Positions 24,551 through 38,879 of a stretch of DNA of 64,000 nucleotides are shown one piece after another. The stretch's first letter is position 1, and the number at the start of each line of letters is the position of its first letter. A program made the position numbers and the translations under genes. A model generated the notes under the pieces. The model searched no databases. It was given only the letters and a program-made list of their open reading frames with translations, and was not told the DNA's origin. The DNA comes from Malacoraja senta (lineage: Eukaryota): the NCBI GenBank assembly GCA_038087875.1, contig CM075989.1:20834001-20898000 (forward strand). The letters are read 5' to 3'.

Positions 24551-27500
24551 AATTCACCACAATTAGAAGGATCCCAACCCATTCATATAATTCAGAGATG
24601 CTGTCTGACCCGCTGAATTACTCCAGCACTTTGTGTCTTTTTTGTTAAACCAGCGTCTGCAGTTCCTTGCGTCTCCAAGGATGCATTGTGTTTGATATTC
24701 AATGCTGCACACTTTGCTGTAACTCATTTAAATTAGTTTGCTTCTCTGCTTTTGCCTATTCTCATTTTTATCTCATCTGCAATGTTTTTTACCACAACCT
24801 TTTGATCTATAATCCATAGCATTATTACTGACTATAATGGATTATGTTTATCTTTTAAGTCAATACTGTGTAAGTGGCTATAATTAATTATCATATATAT
24901 CAGAGTTCACCTAATCAATGAACTGCTTACAAGCTGTGACCCAAAATAAATCTCAAATAATAAATAGCCCAGAAATGGAAAAAACATGTTCCTTTTCAGT
25001 ACAGTTCCTAGTTCCAATCGGCAATAGGTACAATTGCCTAAATATTCCTATTTTCTAATTTCTAATAAAATATTCCTAAATTGGAATAATTTTTCCTTAA
25101 TTCTGCTTCTTAAATACAGTTATACAGTTTTAATGTGCCTTTATTTGTAATAATTTTAGTTATGCTAGTTAAGCAGTCACATCTAGTCTTTATCTTTCAA
25201 GATTTCAGCTCAGATGGAGGCACTTTCAGCCTGACTGATCTTATGTGATCCCATCTTACCTACAACCACACATTTTTTCCAACAGATTCCAGGAATGGGA
25301 ACTCTACGTTGAATTTTATCCTCTCCTGTTAGTTGGATTTCACTCCCCTTGAGATTAAGATGTGTGGACTCAAGGGACTGCAGATGGTGCAATTTTGACC
25401 AAAACACAAAGTGCTGGAAGAACTCAGCAGGTCAGGCAGCATCTGTGGAGGCAATGGACAGGCTATGTGTCAGGTTGGGATCCTTCTTCAGACATGGTTG
25501 AGGGGGGGAGGGGAGGAAGGAAGGGATGGGGAGGTGGGGGCAGGGGAGGGAGGGGGAAGGGGAGGGAGAAAGCTTGAAAATAGAGGTTGAGGTGGGACAA
25601 AGTCTGGCAAGTGATAGGAAGGAACTGCAGATGCTGGTTTATACCAAAGATAGACACAATGTGCTGGAGTAACTCAGCGGGACAGGCAGCATCTCTGGAG
25701 AAAAGGAATTGGTGACATGTTTGACATTGAACTACTTTAATGGAATTTAATGGCACCATGATATTGCAAGAAGCGATGTCAACAACGAAAGACAAATGTA
25801 TCATTTGATTTTAATTGCAAATCTAGTTATTTCTCATTCTAACATCCCGAGACCAGACTAGGAAGGAAAGCTGTTCAGTGCGGTAGAATAGCAACACGTT
25901 GAATCACCCAGTTTGATATTTTCTGTAATTTGGAGTTCTAATAACTTTATTAAATGAAACCTCACCTTGTGATCATTGTGATAGATCACAGATTTCTTAT
26001 TACAATGTAAGAGCCTGTGATATGTGAAAAAGAAATAAAAAAATTATTACGACTTTGAAAAGCGAAACCGAATAATATAAACTGGACAAAGAGCAAACTT
26101 GGTTGTTGCTACTGAAAAAATCATCAGTGTGTGTAAAAGTACAACGTGTTCAATGGGATCCTTATCAAAAGTTCATAAGTGATAGGAGCAGAATTAGGCC
26201 ATTTGGCCCATCAAGTCTACTCTGCCATTCAATCGTGGCTGATCAATCTCTCCCGCCTAACCCCATTCTCTTGCCTTCTCCCCATAACCCCTGACACCAG
26301 TACTAATCAAGAACCTGTCTATCTGTGACTTAAAAATATCCATTGACTTGGCCTCCACTGTGGTAATGAATTCCACAGACTCACTACCCTCCGAATAAAA
26401 AAAACTGATGGGCCGAATGGCCTAATACTGCTCCCATAACTTATGAACATTTGCAGTTCCTTTCTACACATGTACAGAATGGCTTATTAACATTTGATCA
26501 ACTTCCAAATTACCAGCGTTCCAACCAATCTTAGATATGGCATTCAATTCAATAATTTTAAAAAAATTACTTAACTATAACCTGATATAAATCCTAATAG
26601 TGATGTGCTCCAACTAACAGTTTTTGGTCCTTTGATTGCTTTAATGCCCACTACAGGTAGTATTTCTCCAGTATCCCTAAGTAAGTGTGCATTTATACTC
26701 TCTGTCCTTCAAAGTTCCCCTTTATGCTCACAACAATCTCAACCTTCCCTGGGGAGGTTAGAGAGGCAGATGAAAATGCGACACTCCAATATTTCACAGC
26801 CAGCTTTAAACCTATTAAAAATGACTACTTACTATGCTGAATCATGGGAACTGAAAAGGATAATGTGTCCTTCACATAACGAACTGCTCTTGGCACATTT
26901 TCTTAGGCCTCCTGTTTTTCATCTCGTCCAATTAAGATAGGATTGTTTTTTTTTACTCAGTTAGTTCATTTTTTCTCCCGAGAAGAATTGTTATTCTCCC
27001 ACCCCCCCTCCTCCCCCTATCCGCAGCCTTGCAATTTGTTGTTCTCTCTTAAATAGATGTCACTTCTTGAGCCCTGAGATTTTTCAGATATACCCAAACT
27101 ACACCTTCAGACTATGTACAGGTTTGGACTCAAGGGAGGCAGCTGTCACCCATGATAAAGCAGCCTTGCCAACTTGGCTGAAATCAGTGTTGTTATAATT
27201 CATTTTAATACATTCTGCTCATACTAATCATTTATTGAAACAGGAGGCTCCCTGATATGAACATGAATATAGGATGTGTCAAACCATTGATCATCCAGTG
27301 CGCATCAGATGATTAAAAAGGATTACTTTTCACCTCTAGACCATAGGGACAAGTGTTTGACTTTATACTCAACAGGGAAAGCAGTCTTTTCCCCTTCCCA
27401 CTTTTCCTATAACTTTGATTGAGAAACCTCATAAGGAAAGGTCATTAGCTGGATCCCAACTTTCCGTCTTGACAGGAACAACATCCCGTCACATTAAGTT

Positions 27501-28661
27501 GCGAACATTTTGCAAGCCTATCAACACCTGGGACTAACCAGCCACAGTGAGATTTATAGGATTGATGAATAACTAGATTCTTCTTCCTAAAGACTGTGGA
27601 TACACACTCGCCCCTTAGTGCAGCATTAATCAAAGTAGCGAAAGCAAAGTTACAGATTCGATAAAAGACACAGGACTTTTGTTTTGTTGCTGGAAAAAAT
27701 TCTTCCTCGTTTTAATGGATTTCGATGCTCAGTTGAGTTAGGGACAGAGACAGAGACAGCGAGATCCTTGACTGATTATGCTTTTTTCTCTTCCCCTTTG
27801 CTATTCATAGTAGATAGATTCATCATTCCAATTTGTCAGGCTTACGCCGTTCAATTAATTATGTGAGAGTAGCTCGGGTTGTATTAGTCCGGTGTCAACC
27901 CAAGGCAGCCTCATTTATAGGGGGCCTAAATGAAGAGATATCAGAGGTGTTTCTTTTGGTAATTAATGTGATGAATGCCCTTATGATACAAATGGTGGCA
28001 GTCGTGTCTCTTCATCAGTGGCACACGCTGAAGTAATTTGAGAGCCGGTCGTCTGTTGAGGGACGATGTATTGCACGGACTTCTCCCACGAATCAAAGGT
28101 GTTTGCTGTCCTTTGTATCAAGCTACAAACTTCTGTCATCTTTGACCTTGCCTGAAAGATGTGGTTACGAGAATGGTGTCTCTGTTCTGTCACAGAGTTA
28201 CAGAATCAGACAATCGTGGACACAGGCCCTTCGGCCCAACTCGTCCATGCCGACCGAGGTGCTCAATCTAAGCTAGTCTCATTTACCCACGTTTGGCCGA
28301 TACCCAGTCTCTACTCTCCTCCTCATATTCCCCATCAATTGCCACACTGAAAATATGACATGCAATGTTAAATCTTTGCCTCGGCCTGGTTGATTTCAAA
28401 ATAGAAATCAGCTGATGTAAGGGTGGGAGACTGCAACCTTCACGTGGTCCGCCTTGTTTCGACTAATGCAATCAACTCGACGTGCACAAACGGAAGGTCA
28501 AATAAAACAAGTTGTCCAACTGATGATGTTTTTTCCCATCTGGGTTAAAAATACATGTCTGCTGCTTATTTTAGCATCAGTCATTGCCATACAGCATAGA
28601 AGCAGGCCCTTCGGCCCAACTCGTCCATACCAACCAAGATGCCCCATCTAAGCTAGTCCCA

Positions 28662-28963
28662 TTTAGTTTAGTTTAGAGATACAGCGCGGAAACAGGCCCT
28701 CCGGCCTACCAAGTCCGTGCCGACCAGCGATCCCCGCACATTAACACTGTCCCACACACACTATGGGCAGTTTACATTTATACCAAGCCAATTAAACTAC
28801 AAACCTTTACGTATTTGGAGTGTGGGAGGAAACCGAGGATCTCGGAGAAAACCCACGCAGGTCACGGGGAGAACGCACAAACTCCGTAGAGACAAGCACC
28901 CGTGGTCAGGATCGAACCCGGGTCTCTGGTGCTGTGAGGCAGCAACTCTACCACTGTGCCACC
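28662..28963 (-). mobile_element. HE1/V-SINE inserted in a CR1 3' tail
   Basis: Full reverse copy; CR1 tail gtcccattt...gcatttgtgccatatccc continues across it. Confidence 0.85.
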
Positions 28964-30932
28964 ATTGTCTGCATTTGTGCCATATCCCACTGACCTTTCC
29001 CATCCATGTACCCATCCAAGTGTCTATTAAATGTTGTTATTCAAGCACCTGTTAAATGCTGTTATTGTGCCTGCCTCAACTACTTCCCCCAGCAGTTTCT
29101 TCCATACACCCACCAACCTTTGTGTGAAAACTTTGCCTCGCAGGTTCCTATTAAATCTTTTCCCTCTCACCTCGAACCTATGCCCACTAGTGTTCCTAAT
29201 TCCCCTATACTCGGTAAAAGACTCTGTGCATTCGCCCTATCTATTCCTCTAATGACCTTATTCCCTGTCTACAAGGTCACCCCTCAGCCTCCTGTGCTCC
29301 ACGGAATGAAAATCCTAGTCTGCTCAACCTCTCCCCAGAGCTCAGGCTCTCGAGTCCTGGCAACATCCCATGTCTGGATCTGAAAATGATTGGAGCAGGA
29401 TTAAAGGTGACTGTGGTATAGGAGCACAAGGAACTGCTGTTGCAAAACACAAAGAAGGTTGAATTATGGAACAACAAATGAAAAAGAAGAAATGATAGAT
29501 TGGACTAAGAGAGAGAGAAAAAGCAGGCAGACGAGGTAGTTCAGGCAGGTAAACAGCATTTACAAGATATTTGGACAGGTATGTGTACAGGAATAGTTTG
29601 GAGGGATGTGGGCCACATACATGCAATGGGACCAACTTAAATGGGGCATCTTGGTTGGTATGCATGAGTTGGTCTGTTTCTATACTGTCCTTCATGATTC
29701 TAGAGAAGGCAGACAAGATAAGTGAGGAACGAAGTGAAGATATCAAATTTAACATGGAAATAAAAATTGTGTAATCTTCCCCAAGCACATAATTACATGA
29801 CACATTGATGTTCTTCAACGTAGTCTCAGCATTGTGCTTGGACTAATTGCCCCAGTCGCGACTGACAGTGTTTCTAATTCACTAGGTCCTAATCGCTAGA
29901 GTTCACTAGCTGAAACCTCTTTATCCCTTTTCATCAAACCTACCGTAAAAGGCACTGAACTTTTAAGCATCTGCTTTAATATCTCTTTAAGTATTTTCGT
30001 GTCAGATTGAATGTGATAATGTTCCTAGAGTCACAGTCCAACAGCACAGAAACAGGCCCTTTGACCAAACTCATCCATGCCAACTATGATTGCCCATCTA
30101 CCTTAGTCCCATTTGCCCGCATTTAGCCTATACCCCTCCACACCTTTCCTATCCATGTACCTTTCCAATGTTGTTATTACACCATGGCAACTGAACCATC
30201 CTACCACAACTAGAGAGTAGTCCTGATTTACTATCAACCTCCTTGAAAACCCTTGGACTATCTTCGATCGGGCTTTATTGGCTTTATCTTGCACGAAACG
30301 TTATCACCGCCAAGCTCGGTCCCTGCTTGTCCTGAAGACCAGGAAGTGGAGAGGAGGTGACGGGAGACAGAGATGGTGACGGCGATGGGCGCTGGACAAG
30401 GGATGGCAAGGGACGGTAGGAAGAACCGGGGGGTGAGGGGAGGGAGGGGGGGGGGGTGGCTTACCTTCCATGCCTTCAAGGTCAGCTGTTGGGGGCAACT
30501 CCAGGGCATGAAGGTCAAAGGTGGCCGGGCAAGTAGTTTAGAGATACAGCGCGGAAACACTGAATCCGCACCGACCAGCGATCCCCATACACTAACACTA
30601 CCCTACACGCACTAGGGACAATTTACAATTTTACCAAAGCCAATTAACCTACTAACCTGTACGTCTTTGGAATGTAGGAGGAAACCGGAGCACCCGAAGA
30701 AAACTCACGCAGGTCATGGGGAGAACCCGTGGTCTGGATGGAAACTGGGTCTCTGGTGCTGTGAGGCAGCAGCTCTACCGCTGCGCCACCATACCGCCAA
30801 CAAGTACTAGGACGGTGGTTCGCGGGGTGACCGGATGGAGGTGCTGACTGTCTCGATGTCCAGCTGCAGTTGGGGCTGTGAAATGCTGCCATAACCTGGT
30901 GACTCTTACATATGGACTCAGTGGGTGATTTA

Positions 30933-31332
30933 GACAATAGACAATAGACAATAGGTGCAGGAGTAGGCCATTCGGCCCTTCGAGCCAGCACCGCCATTCA
31001 ATGTGATCGTGGCTGATCATCCCCAATCAGTACCCCGTTCCTGCCTTCTCCCCATATCCCCTGACTCCACTATTTTTAAGAGCCCTATCTAGCTCTCTCT
31101 TGAAAGCATCCAGAGAACCTGCCTCCACCGCCCTCTGAGGCAGAGAATTCCACAGACTCACCACTCTCTGTGAGAAAAAGTGTTTCCTCATCTCCGTTCT
31201 AAATGACTTACTCCTTATTCTTAAACTGTGGCCCACTGGTTCTGGACTCCCCCAACATCGGGAACATGTTTCCTGCCTCTAGCGTGTCCAAACCCTTAAC
31301 CATGTTTCAATGAGATACCCTCTCATCCTTCT
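30933..31332 (-). mobile_element. CR1 LINE 3' end
   Basis: (caataga)n tail; FRTEMRKHFFSQRVVSLWNSLP. Confidence 0.9.
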
Positions 31333-32613
31333 CTGCATTATGTACTGAGCTGGGGACTGTACTAACATATGGCAATAGTCTTACTGATCTGTATGCAAAA
31401 AAAGTCTCACTGTACCTTGCTACACATGATAATAAAGGAACAATTGAACTTGCTTTGATGATAACCTTCATTTTAAAAATTCCCTGCAGATATTGCCCGT
31501 GGTCTGGATGGAAACTGGGTCTCTGGCGCTGTAAGGCAGCAGACTACCACTGCGTCTTTGTTTTACCTAGATGTCTTTAGCCTTTCATAACAACTTAATC
31601 TTTCAAAAGGCATCGTATCCACTGTTGTTATGGCTCCTATTCTCTACAGTAACAAGTTAACATGTACACATGTTTTTTTCTATCGGTTCATCTGCATCGT
31701 ATAAAATTGTAATGATCAAGTCTCCTAAAAATGTCCAAATGACATGATCTTGGCCCACGTTGTCTGCACACAAAGTTATCTACCATATGTGCTCTCTTCT
31801 GATTTATTTGCAATTCTAAAGCTTGTACCAAAAATGTTACAGGAGTTTATTCACATGCCTGGACTTCAAATTTGCTGATGCCATTAATCTTACAGTTACA
31901 TTATCAATACCATTGCAAACCATTAATAGAAATCTTTGGAGAAACAAGGAACTGCAAATGCTGGTTTATAAAAAAAGTGCTGGAGTAACTCAGTGGGTCA
32001 AGCAGCATTTCTGAAGAACATGGACAGGTGACGATTCAGATCATAGAGTCATAGTCGTGCAGCGTGGAAACAGGCCCTTCGGCCCAACTTACCCAAGCTG
32101 ACCAACCTGTCCCATCAAAACTAGTCCCACCTGCCTGTGTTTGGCCCACATCCCTCTAAACCTATCCAATCTATGTACTTGTCCAAATGTTGGCCCAATC
32201 GCAGAAGCGTCCACATCACGGGGCAGGAAACTGGAAGTATCTTGAGCTAATTCTGCTACCACCATCATCTAATACGACAAGTGATGGCTTCCACGGATTC
32301 TCACCGGAAGCTTGCGTCCTTTTCAGGACGGACGATGACAGCGAGGTCAACATTTGTAACAAGATGGACACGAAAAGAAGAAGTCCAAATGTTTTTTTAA
32401 ATGTTATGATAGTCATAGGGTCATAAGTGACAGGAAAAAAATTAGGCCATTTGGCCTATCAAGCGTAGTGAGTGATAGGTGGATACAGCTGAGGGGGGTT
32501 TTGATAGGCAGATGGTTGGACAATGGCCAGAGATGAAAAGACAAAAGGCGTGAGATAAGGATAGCAGAGATGTGCATTGTGATGTTAGAGGAAGTAATAT
32601 AGGTGGAAGGTTA

Positions 32614-32883
32614 AGGGCCAGTCCCACTTGGGCGTCATTTGCACGTCACGCAGGTGGCGCGCGAAGATTTAGTGAATCCCCAAATCCTGGGGCGCCGTGC
32701 GCGACCGCGCGTCACTGCCTGCGCCACCACGTCTCACCATGCGCCATGCGTGCGTAATGCACGCCATGCGCGCGTCACATGCGCGTCACAACGCGAGCGT
32801 AACACATAAACGATGTCGCGTCGTGACGCATAAATTATGTCGCGTAAATGACGCACAAATAACGCCCAAGTGCGACAGGCCCT
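32614..32883. mobile_element. PIF/Harbinger MITE (CpG-rich)
   Basis: TIRs agggccagtcccacttgggcg / cgcccaagtgcgacaggccct; TTA TSD. Confidence 0.9.
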
Positions 32884-32946
32884 TTAGAAATGGATGCGAT
32901 TTCAGGTGGGACACAGGGAAAGGAGGGGGGAGAATCACTTTGCTTA

Positions 32947-33432
32947 AGGGTCTGTCCCACGAGCATGCGGCCAGCACGACCTAACGTGGTCGCTTGAGCC
33001 GTACGGCCTCGCGGGGCCGGTCCCACTTCGATCGCCGGAGCCGTATGGAGTTGTGCGGAGCTGGTCCCGACATCGCGCGGGGCTCCGAAAAACTGACACT
33101 GTTCAAAATTTCCGCACGGCAACGGCCTGTCGGCCTGCAGCCGCCTCGACGCCGTACGCACCGCCTCGACGGGCGTGCGCAGCGTCTCGACACCGTACGC
33201 AGCGTCTTGATGCCGTACGTCATGTGCAAACTTCCCGCGGACTTCGCTCGAACTTCACGTCACTCATTCGACCTCCGCGCGGCCCCCGTTTCTGGTTTGG
33301 TCACGCTCGCCGCATGCAGCCGCATGCTGGTGGGACCGGCCCTCTACGGGGATCACTCGACCTCCGCGCGGCCCCCGCTTCCGGTTTGGTCGATCTTGCC
33401 GCATGCAGTCGCATGCTCGTGGGACAGGCCCT
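32947..33432. mobile_element. PIF/Harbinger MITE (GC-rich, internal ~80 bp direct repeat)
   Basis: TIRs agggtctgtcccacgagcatgcg / cgcatgctcgtgggacaggccct; TTA TSD. Confidence 0.9.
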
Positions 33433-33489
33433 TTAGTCTTTACATTGTCTTCCGGGCAATCTAGCAATTACTTTATGCATCTGTACTGC

Positions 33490-33896
33490 TTGGTATTGCT
33501 ATTGAGAGAGTGCAGTGTAGGTTCACCAGGTTAGTTCCCGGAATGGCGGGACTGACGTATGATGAAAGAATGGGTCGACTGGGCTTGTATTCGCTGGAAT
33601 TATGAAGGATGAGAGGCGTTCTTATAGAAACATATAAAATTCTTAAGGGATTGGACAGGGTAGAGGCAGGAACAATGATCCCCATGTTGGGGGGAGTCCA
33701 GAACTAGGGGTCACGGTTTAAGAAAGTTGTAATCTCTCACCCAGAGAGTTGTAAATCTGTGGAATTCCCTGCCACAGAAGGCAGTGGAGGCCAATTTACT
33801 GGATGTTTTCGATCAGCCATGATCATATTGAATGGCGGTGCTGCCTCGAAGGGCCGAATGGCCTACTCCTGCACCTATTTTCTATGTTTCTATGTT
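33490..33896 (+). mobile_element. CR1 LINE 3' end with internal deletions
   Basis: IERVQCRFTRLVPGMAGLTYDERMGRLGLYSLE; tttctatgtttctatg tail. Confidence 0.85.
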
Positions 33897-34747
33897 GGTT
33901 CCGTCCACAATAACTTGTAAACTGAACAGATTTTTAAATATTATTCCCAGTATTTCCTCCTGCTTTTCTATTTTCAATGCATGATGCATCTTGAATTAAT
34001 TGGTTGCAGAAAATGATTCATGGTCCTTCACATGACAACCATTTCAAGTTTGTAGGAACAGTCAGTTCTCTTATCCTTCATTACAATCTCTTTATTTCCT
34101 TTTTTTGGCAAAATCTCCTGTTTCTGTACTCTGATCATTTATCTTGTTCGCATCTCTCGACTTTCAACTTTGTTTCTTTGTCCAACCTGGTTAAGAAAAT
34201 GCTGACAATAGACTGAATGGTATTTTTTGAGAATAACTAATAAATCAATTATTGGTCAAAAATCTCCTTCATCCATGTTTATTGCAAACACATCTATCAG
34301 AGCAACAGGGGTCACTTTGATGGATATTGGAGTGGTTGGCATGGCAGCAGTGGACAACAAAGGCAGGTTGCTTAGATTAGAGATACAGTGTGGACACAGG
34401 CTCTCCGATTCCGCGCCGACCAGCGATCCACGCACACTAACACTAACCTGCACACACTAGGGACAATTTCCAATTTTGCCCAAGCCTATTAACATATAAA
34501 TCTGTATGTCTTTGGAGGGTGGGAAGAAACCGGAGCACACGGAGAAAACCCACGCAGGTCACGGGGAAACTCCGTACAGAGAGCGCCCAAGGTCAGGATC
34601 GAACCTGGGTCTCTGGCGCTGAAAGGCAGCAACACTATCACTGTACCGCAGAGCCGCTGTTATATCTCTGGTGCGGGCTGACTTGCCGTGGGGCAGAGGA
34701 GGCACACAGAGTGAGTGGGAAGGAACTGCAGATGCTGGTTTACATCA

Positions 34748-34882
34748 AAGACATTTCTGTCCTGGGCCTCCTCCACTGTCAGAGTGAGGCCAGAATGCAA
34801 ATTGAAGGAAAAGCACTTCATATTCTCCTTGGGCAATTTACACCCCAGTGGTATGAATGTTTATTTCTCGAATTTCAAATCA
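34748..34882 (+). pseudogene. Penelope-like element GIY-YIG endonuclease C-terminal remnant
   Basis: DISVLGLLHCQSEAR / CKLKEKHFIFSLGNLHPSGMNVYFSNFK, the PLE ...E..IF.LG...P.G.N ending; directly follows a family terminus aaggaactgcagatgctgg. Confidence 0.75.
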
Positions 34883-36411
34883 AGTGACCCTCTCTCAATA
34901 TCCATTGACTTGGACTCCACAGACTTCTGTGGCAATGAATTCCACATATTCACCACTCTCTGACTAAAGAAATTCCTCCTCATCTCTTTCCAGAAGGAAC
35001 ATCCTTTAATTCTGAGGCTGTGGCCCTAGACTTTCCCACTAGGGGGGGGGGGGGGGGGGGGGGTGTTTAAGGCTAATTTAGGAAAACAATGAGAATAATA
35101 ACCCTTCCCTATGATCTTCAGTAAATTAAACCCAATATAAAGATCTAATACAATCTTTATCTCTGGCTGTGTAGAAAGTCAAGTCAAGTCAAGTCAACTC
35201 AAGAGAGTTTATTGTCATGTGTCCCAAATAGGACAATGAAATTCTTGCAATGAAAAGGATCTGCGGATCCTGGTTTGACACAATGTGCTGGAGTACCTCA
35301 ATAAATCAAACAGCATCTCTGGAGAAAAAGGGATGGGTAACATTTCAAACCGGGACCCTTCTTCAAACCTGGGTTCAGACGAGTCCCGACCCGAAACATC
35401 ACCTACCCCTTTTCTCCAGAGAGCCTGCCTGACCTGCTGAGTTACTCCAGCATTTTGGGTCTTTATCTCTGGCTGTTGCCTTTTTCCCCTGGGTTTGATT
35501 TAATGTACATATTCAAAGCATATAGCCAGTCGGTGTACTTAGAGCTGGGAGTTCAATAGAACTTGATTTCTATAGAGTCTTTGATGTAGAAAAATGTTCA
35601 ATATATATCTTTGTTTCCACGCAGTATCTCCAAACTAAGCTAAACTTCTCATATTTCCATGCATTGACAAGATAGAAGTGATTGCCAAATCATCATTATA
35701 GACTAACTCGCCCTCCTAGAATACAGATTAACCTTTAATTCAGTCAAATAACAGAAAAAACATAAAAAGGAATGACACTATAAAATCTGTTATTAAATTC
35801 AGCAGGAATAAACCTTTCTATCAGACTTCCTAAGCACATGCAACAATTTCCCCCATTAGGCTCGTTACCATGGCGATCCTTTCATTTTACTAAACCAGCA
35901 TGAGTTTGTTCTTAATCTGTCAAACCATTCAAATAATGTCACAGCCAAAATTCAACTTCTAGGCATGGACAAGAACACGATACTTAAAGCTGAGTACTTA
36001 GTCATTGACATTGAAGTTACAAGTACATCCAGCTGTGGAAGCCACGTGCCCATTACAATGGGCGCATTGCGGAAACGTCTGACACTGCATCCAGTGCCTC
36101 CATTGGAGCCGTGGAAATGCAAAGTGCTTTTTTATTTTGAAACTTCTGTTATGGGAGCAGTTTTTCACTTTTCCACATTCTTAAGCCATTAACTTTCTCC
36201 GACTTTTATAATTTACAGTAGCAGAATGAGGCCATTTGGCCCATCAAGTCTACTCTGCCATTCAATCATGGCTGATCTATCTCTCGCTCTCAACCCCATT
36301 CTCCTGCCTTCTCCCCACATCCCCTGACACCCGTACGAATAAAGAATCTGTCAATCTCTGCCTTACAAATATCCATTGATATTCTAATTCTACTCCTATC
36401 ACTTCTGACCT

Positions 36412-36527
36412 TAGGGTAGAAGAGGGAGAGGCCAGGGTGCGACTCATCCTTGATTATGCTGCTGGCCTTGCCAAGGCAGCGCAAGGTATCAATGGAGTCA
36501 ATGGAAAGGAGGTTGGTTTGTGTGATC
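36412..36527 (-). mobile_element. Rex1/Babar RT C-terminal fragment
   Basis: ITQTNLLSIDSIDTLRCLGKASSIIKDESHPGLSLF. Confidence 0.75.
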
Positions 36528-38094
36528 AAGAGCGTTGTCTCACAAATGTATTCATTGTGTCTCTCAAATTCCCTCCAAGGTCCAAGGCTTCCCGTTAACC
36601 TCTTCAGCTTTGGAACTGTTTACGTTTTATAATAAATAACGAGCTTCTGCCTCTGTGAGTCACAATCCGGGGCCCTCCGGGATAATGCACATTTCTTCAC
36701 TCCCACTACTCATTAGTTTGTTGTCACCCTTGGATCCCAGTGTTTTTATTTTGAGTTTGTTCCCCAATATTGCAACAGTCTTATTAAACTTTCCTTTCGG
36801 GGACCTCAGGCCGACAGAATCCGTACGCAACAAAACCAGCCGGCGGGAAAATTGTGAATGACAAGGGTGGTCTTTGCGAGCCACTTTGTCACAGCTTCTC
36901 GGCTAAATATGACCCTCAGAAATTAGGTCGAACACATCCCAGAGACTGTTATACATTTTGCGGGTGGATTGAAAGATTGGGAGATTCAAAGATACAGCAT
37001 GGAAACAGGCCCTATGTCCCACCGAGTCCACGCCAATCATCCATCACCCATTCACAATAGTTCTATGTTAGTTTCAATGAGGTGCCCCCTCATCCTTCTA
37101 AACTCCAGCGAGTGCAGGCTCAGTGCTGTCAAACGCTCATCATATGTTAACCCAATCGTCCTCAGGATCATTCTAGTAAGTAAGTATGTACATTTTATTT
37201 ATATAGCACGTTTAAATCAACTCGCGTTGAAACCAAAGTGCTTTACATAGAAGAAATAATTAAGTTTCCGTACATCCATAGGAAAATTAATCCATAGAAA
37301 AATTCTGCTCCATTCCTCACAATCAGCTTCATCCTGGCAGCTAAATTCACCAACTTTAGGTCAGGTTATCTGACCAACTTGCTGTATTTTAGCCGTGCCA
37401 GAAAGCATCCCAGCTCAAATGTTATTATCAAAAGTATAAGAGACGATATAGAGGGACCAGTAAGTGATATGCAGACCGCAATGGTTTAAAATGACCGATA
37501 TATTAGTTTAGTTTAATTTACTTAATTTCAGTTTAGTTTACTTTAGAGATGGAATTAGAGATCCAGCATGGATCCAGCACGGCCCAGCGAGTCCAGACCA
37601 ACCATCGATCACTCGTTTGTGCTAGTTCTATGTTATCCCCACTGCCTCATTCATTCTCTGCACAACAGGGGTAATTTACGAAAGCCAATTAACCTACAAA
37701 CTCTCACCTCTTTGGGATGTGGGAGGAGACCGGAGCACCCGGAACGAACCCATGCGCTCTCAGGGAGAACCTGCAAACTCCACACAGACAGCACCCGAGG
37801 TCGGGGTCGTGCCCAGGTCTCTGGTGCTGGATGGTTCAGTCGAATTCAAACCGAGCTAAATTAATAGAGAGAGTGAGATTTCCGGGAGTAGGCAAGATGA
37901 CATCATCGCTGGACCCCAGTAGCAACGCTAACAAAAGTGCTTGAGGCTTTTGCTCGGAGAAGATAAGAACCAAACATTGTGACAGATTCAAGCTGTCACC
38001 AGCAAAATACAAGTCATTCATCACGATGCTTCAGGCAGAACAGTGAATGTTAATTTAACTTGCAGTCTCCGCCAGCATTTACAACTCCTCCAAG

Positions 38095-38425
38095 TGGCCA
38101 TGACGGCGCAGCGGTAGATTTGATGCCTTACAGAGCTTGCAGCACCGGAGACTCGGGTTCGATCCTGACTGCGGGTGCTGTCTGTACGGAGTTTGTACGT
38201 TCTCCCCGTGACCTGCTTGGTTTTCCCTGGGAGTTCCGGTGTCCTCCCTCACTCCATAGACGTACAGGTTTGTAGGATAATTGGCTTGGCGTATGTGTAA
38301 ATTATCCCAAGAGTGTGTAGGATAGTGTTACTGTGGGGGATCGCTGGTCGGCGTGGACTCGGTGGGCCGAAGGGCCTGTTTCCGCTCTGTATCCCTAAAC
38401 TAAACTAAAAAAAACAAAACTAAAC
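38095..38425 (+). mobile_element. HE1/V-SINE
   Basis: Full-length copy. Confidence 0.85.
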
Positions 38426-38879
38426 TCTTCTTTCCAGTCTTCACTTAATGAAAGGATAGGAGGCAATGTAACTAATATGTCCTTGCACGGATGTTCCTCA
38501 TTCCTTGACCATCTCTTGGTGGGGTATATCCTTGACTTCAATATAAAAAATAATAACTGGGAGAGCTGGGAAATGGGCTGCAAAATTTGTTTCCTTGCTT
38601 ATTATGATCAAATTTTCATATTCACCCAACAATTATCTCTACATTTAGATACTTGCCTCTCATTTTAACACAAAGTTATCTTTCATTTATATCTGTATCT
38701 CCTGTATTCTAAAATAACAAGGTGATTGAATTATGATTAAAACACGGCTCAGAAAATGTTCCATGCCAGTATAACAATGTTATATAGACTGTGCAGGAAG
38801 CATAAATATATACAACATTCCTGTCTTTCTCCATTCAAGGGAGATGTACAAAGGAGATCAAGTGTTGTTGTACGAGTCT

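Noticed and set aside
32572..33467. GC-rich ORFs suggesting bacterial DNA or a gene
   Set aside because: Bounded by Harbinger TIRs and TTA TSDs; MITE interior.
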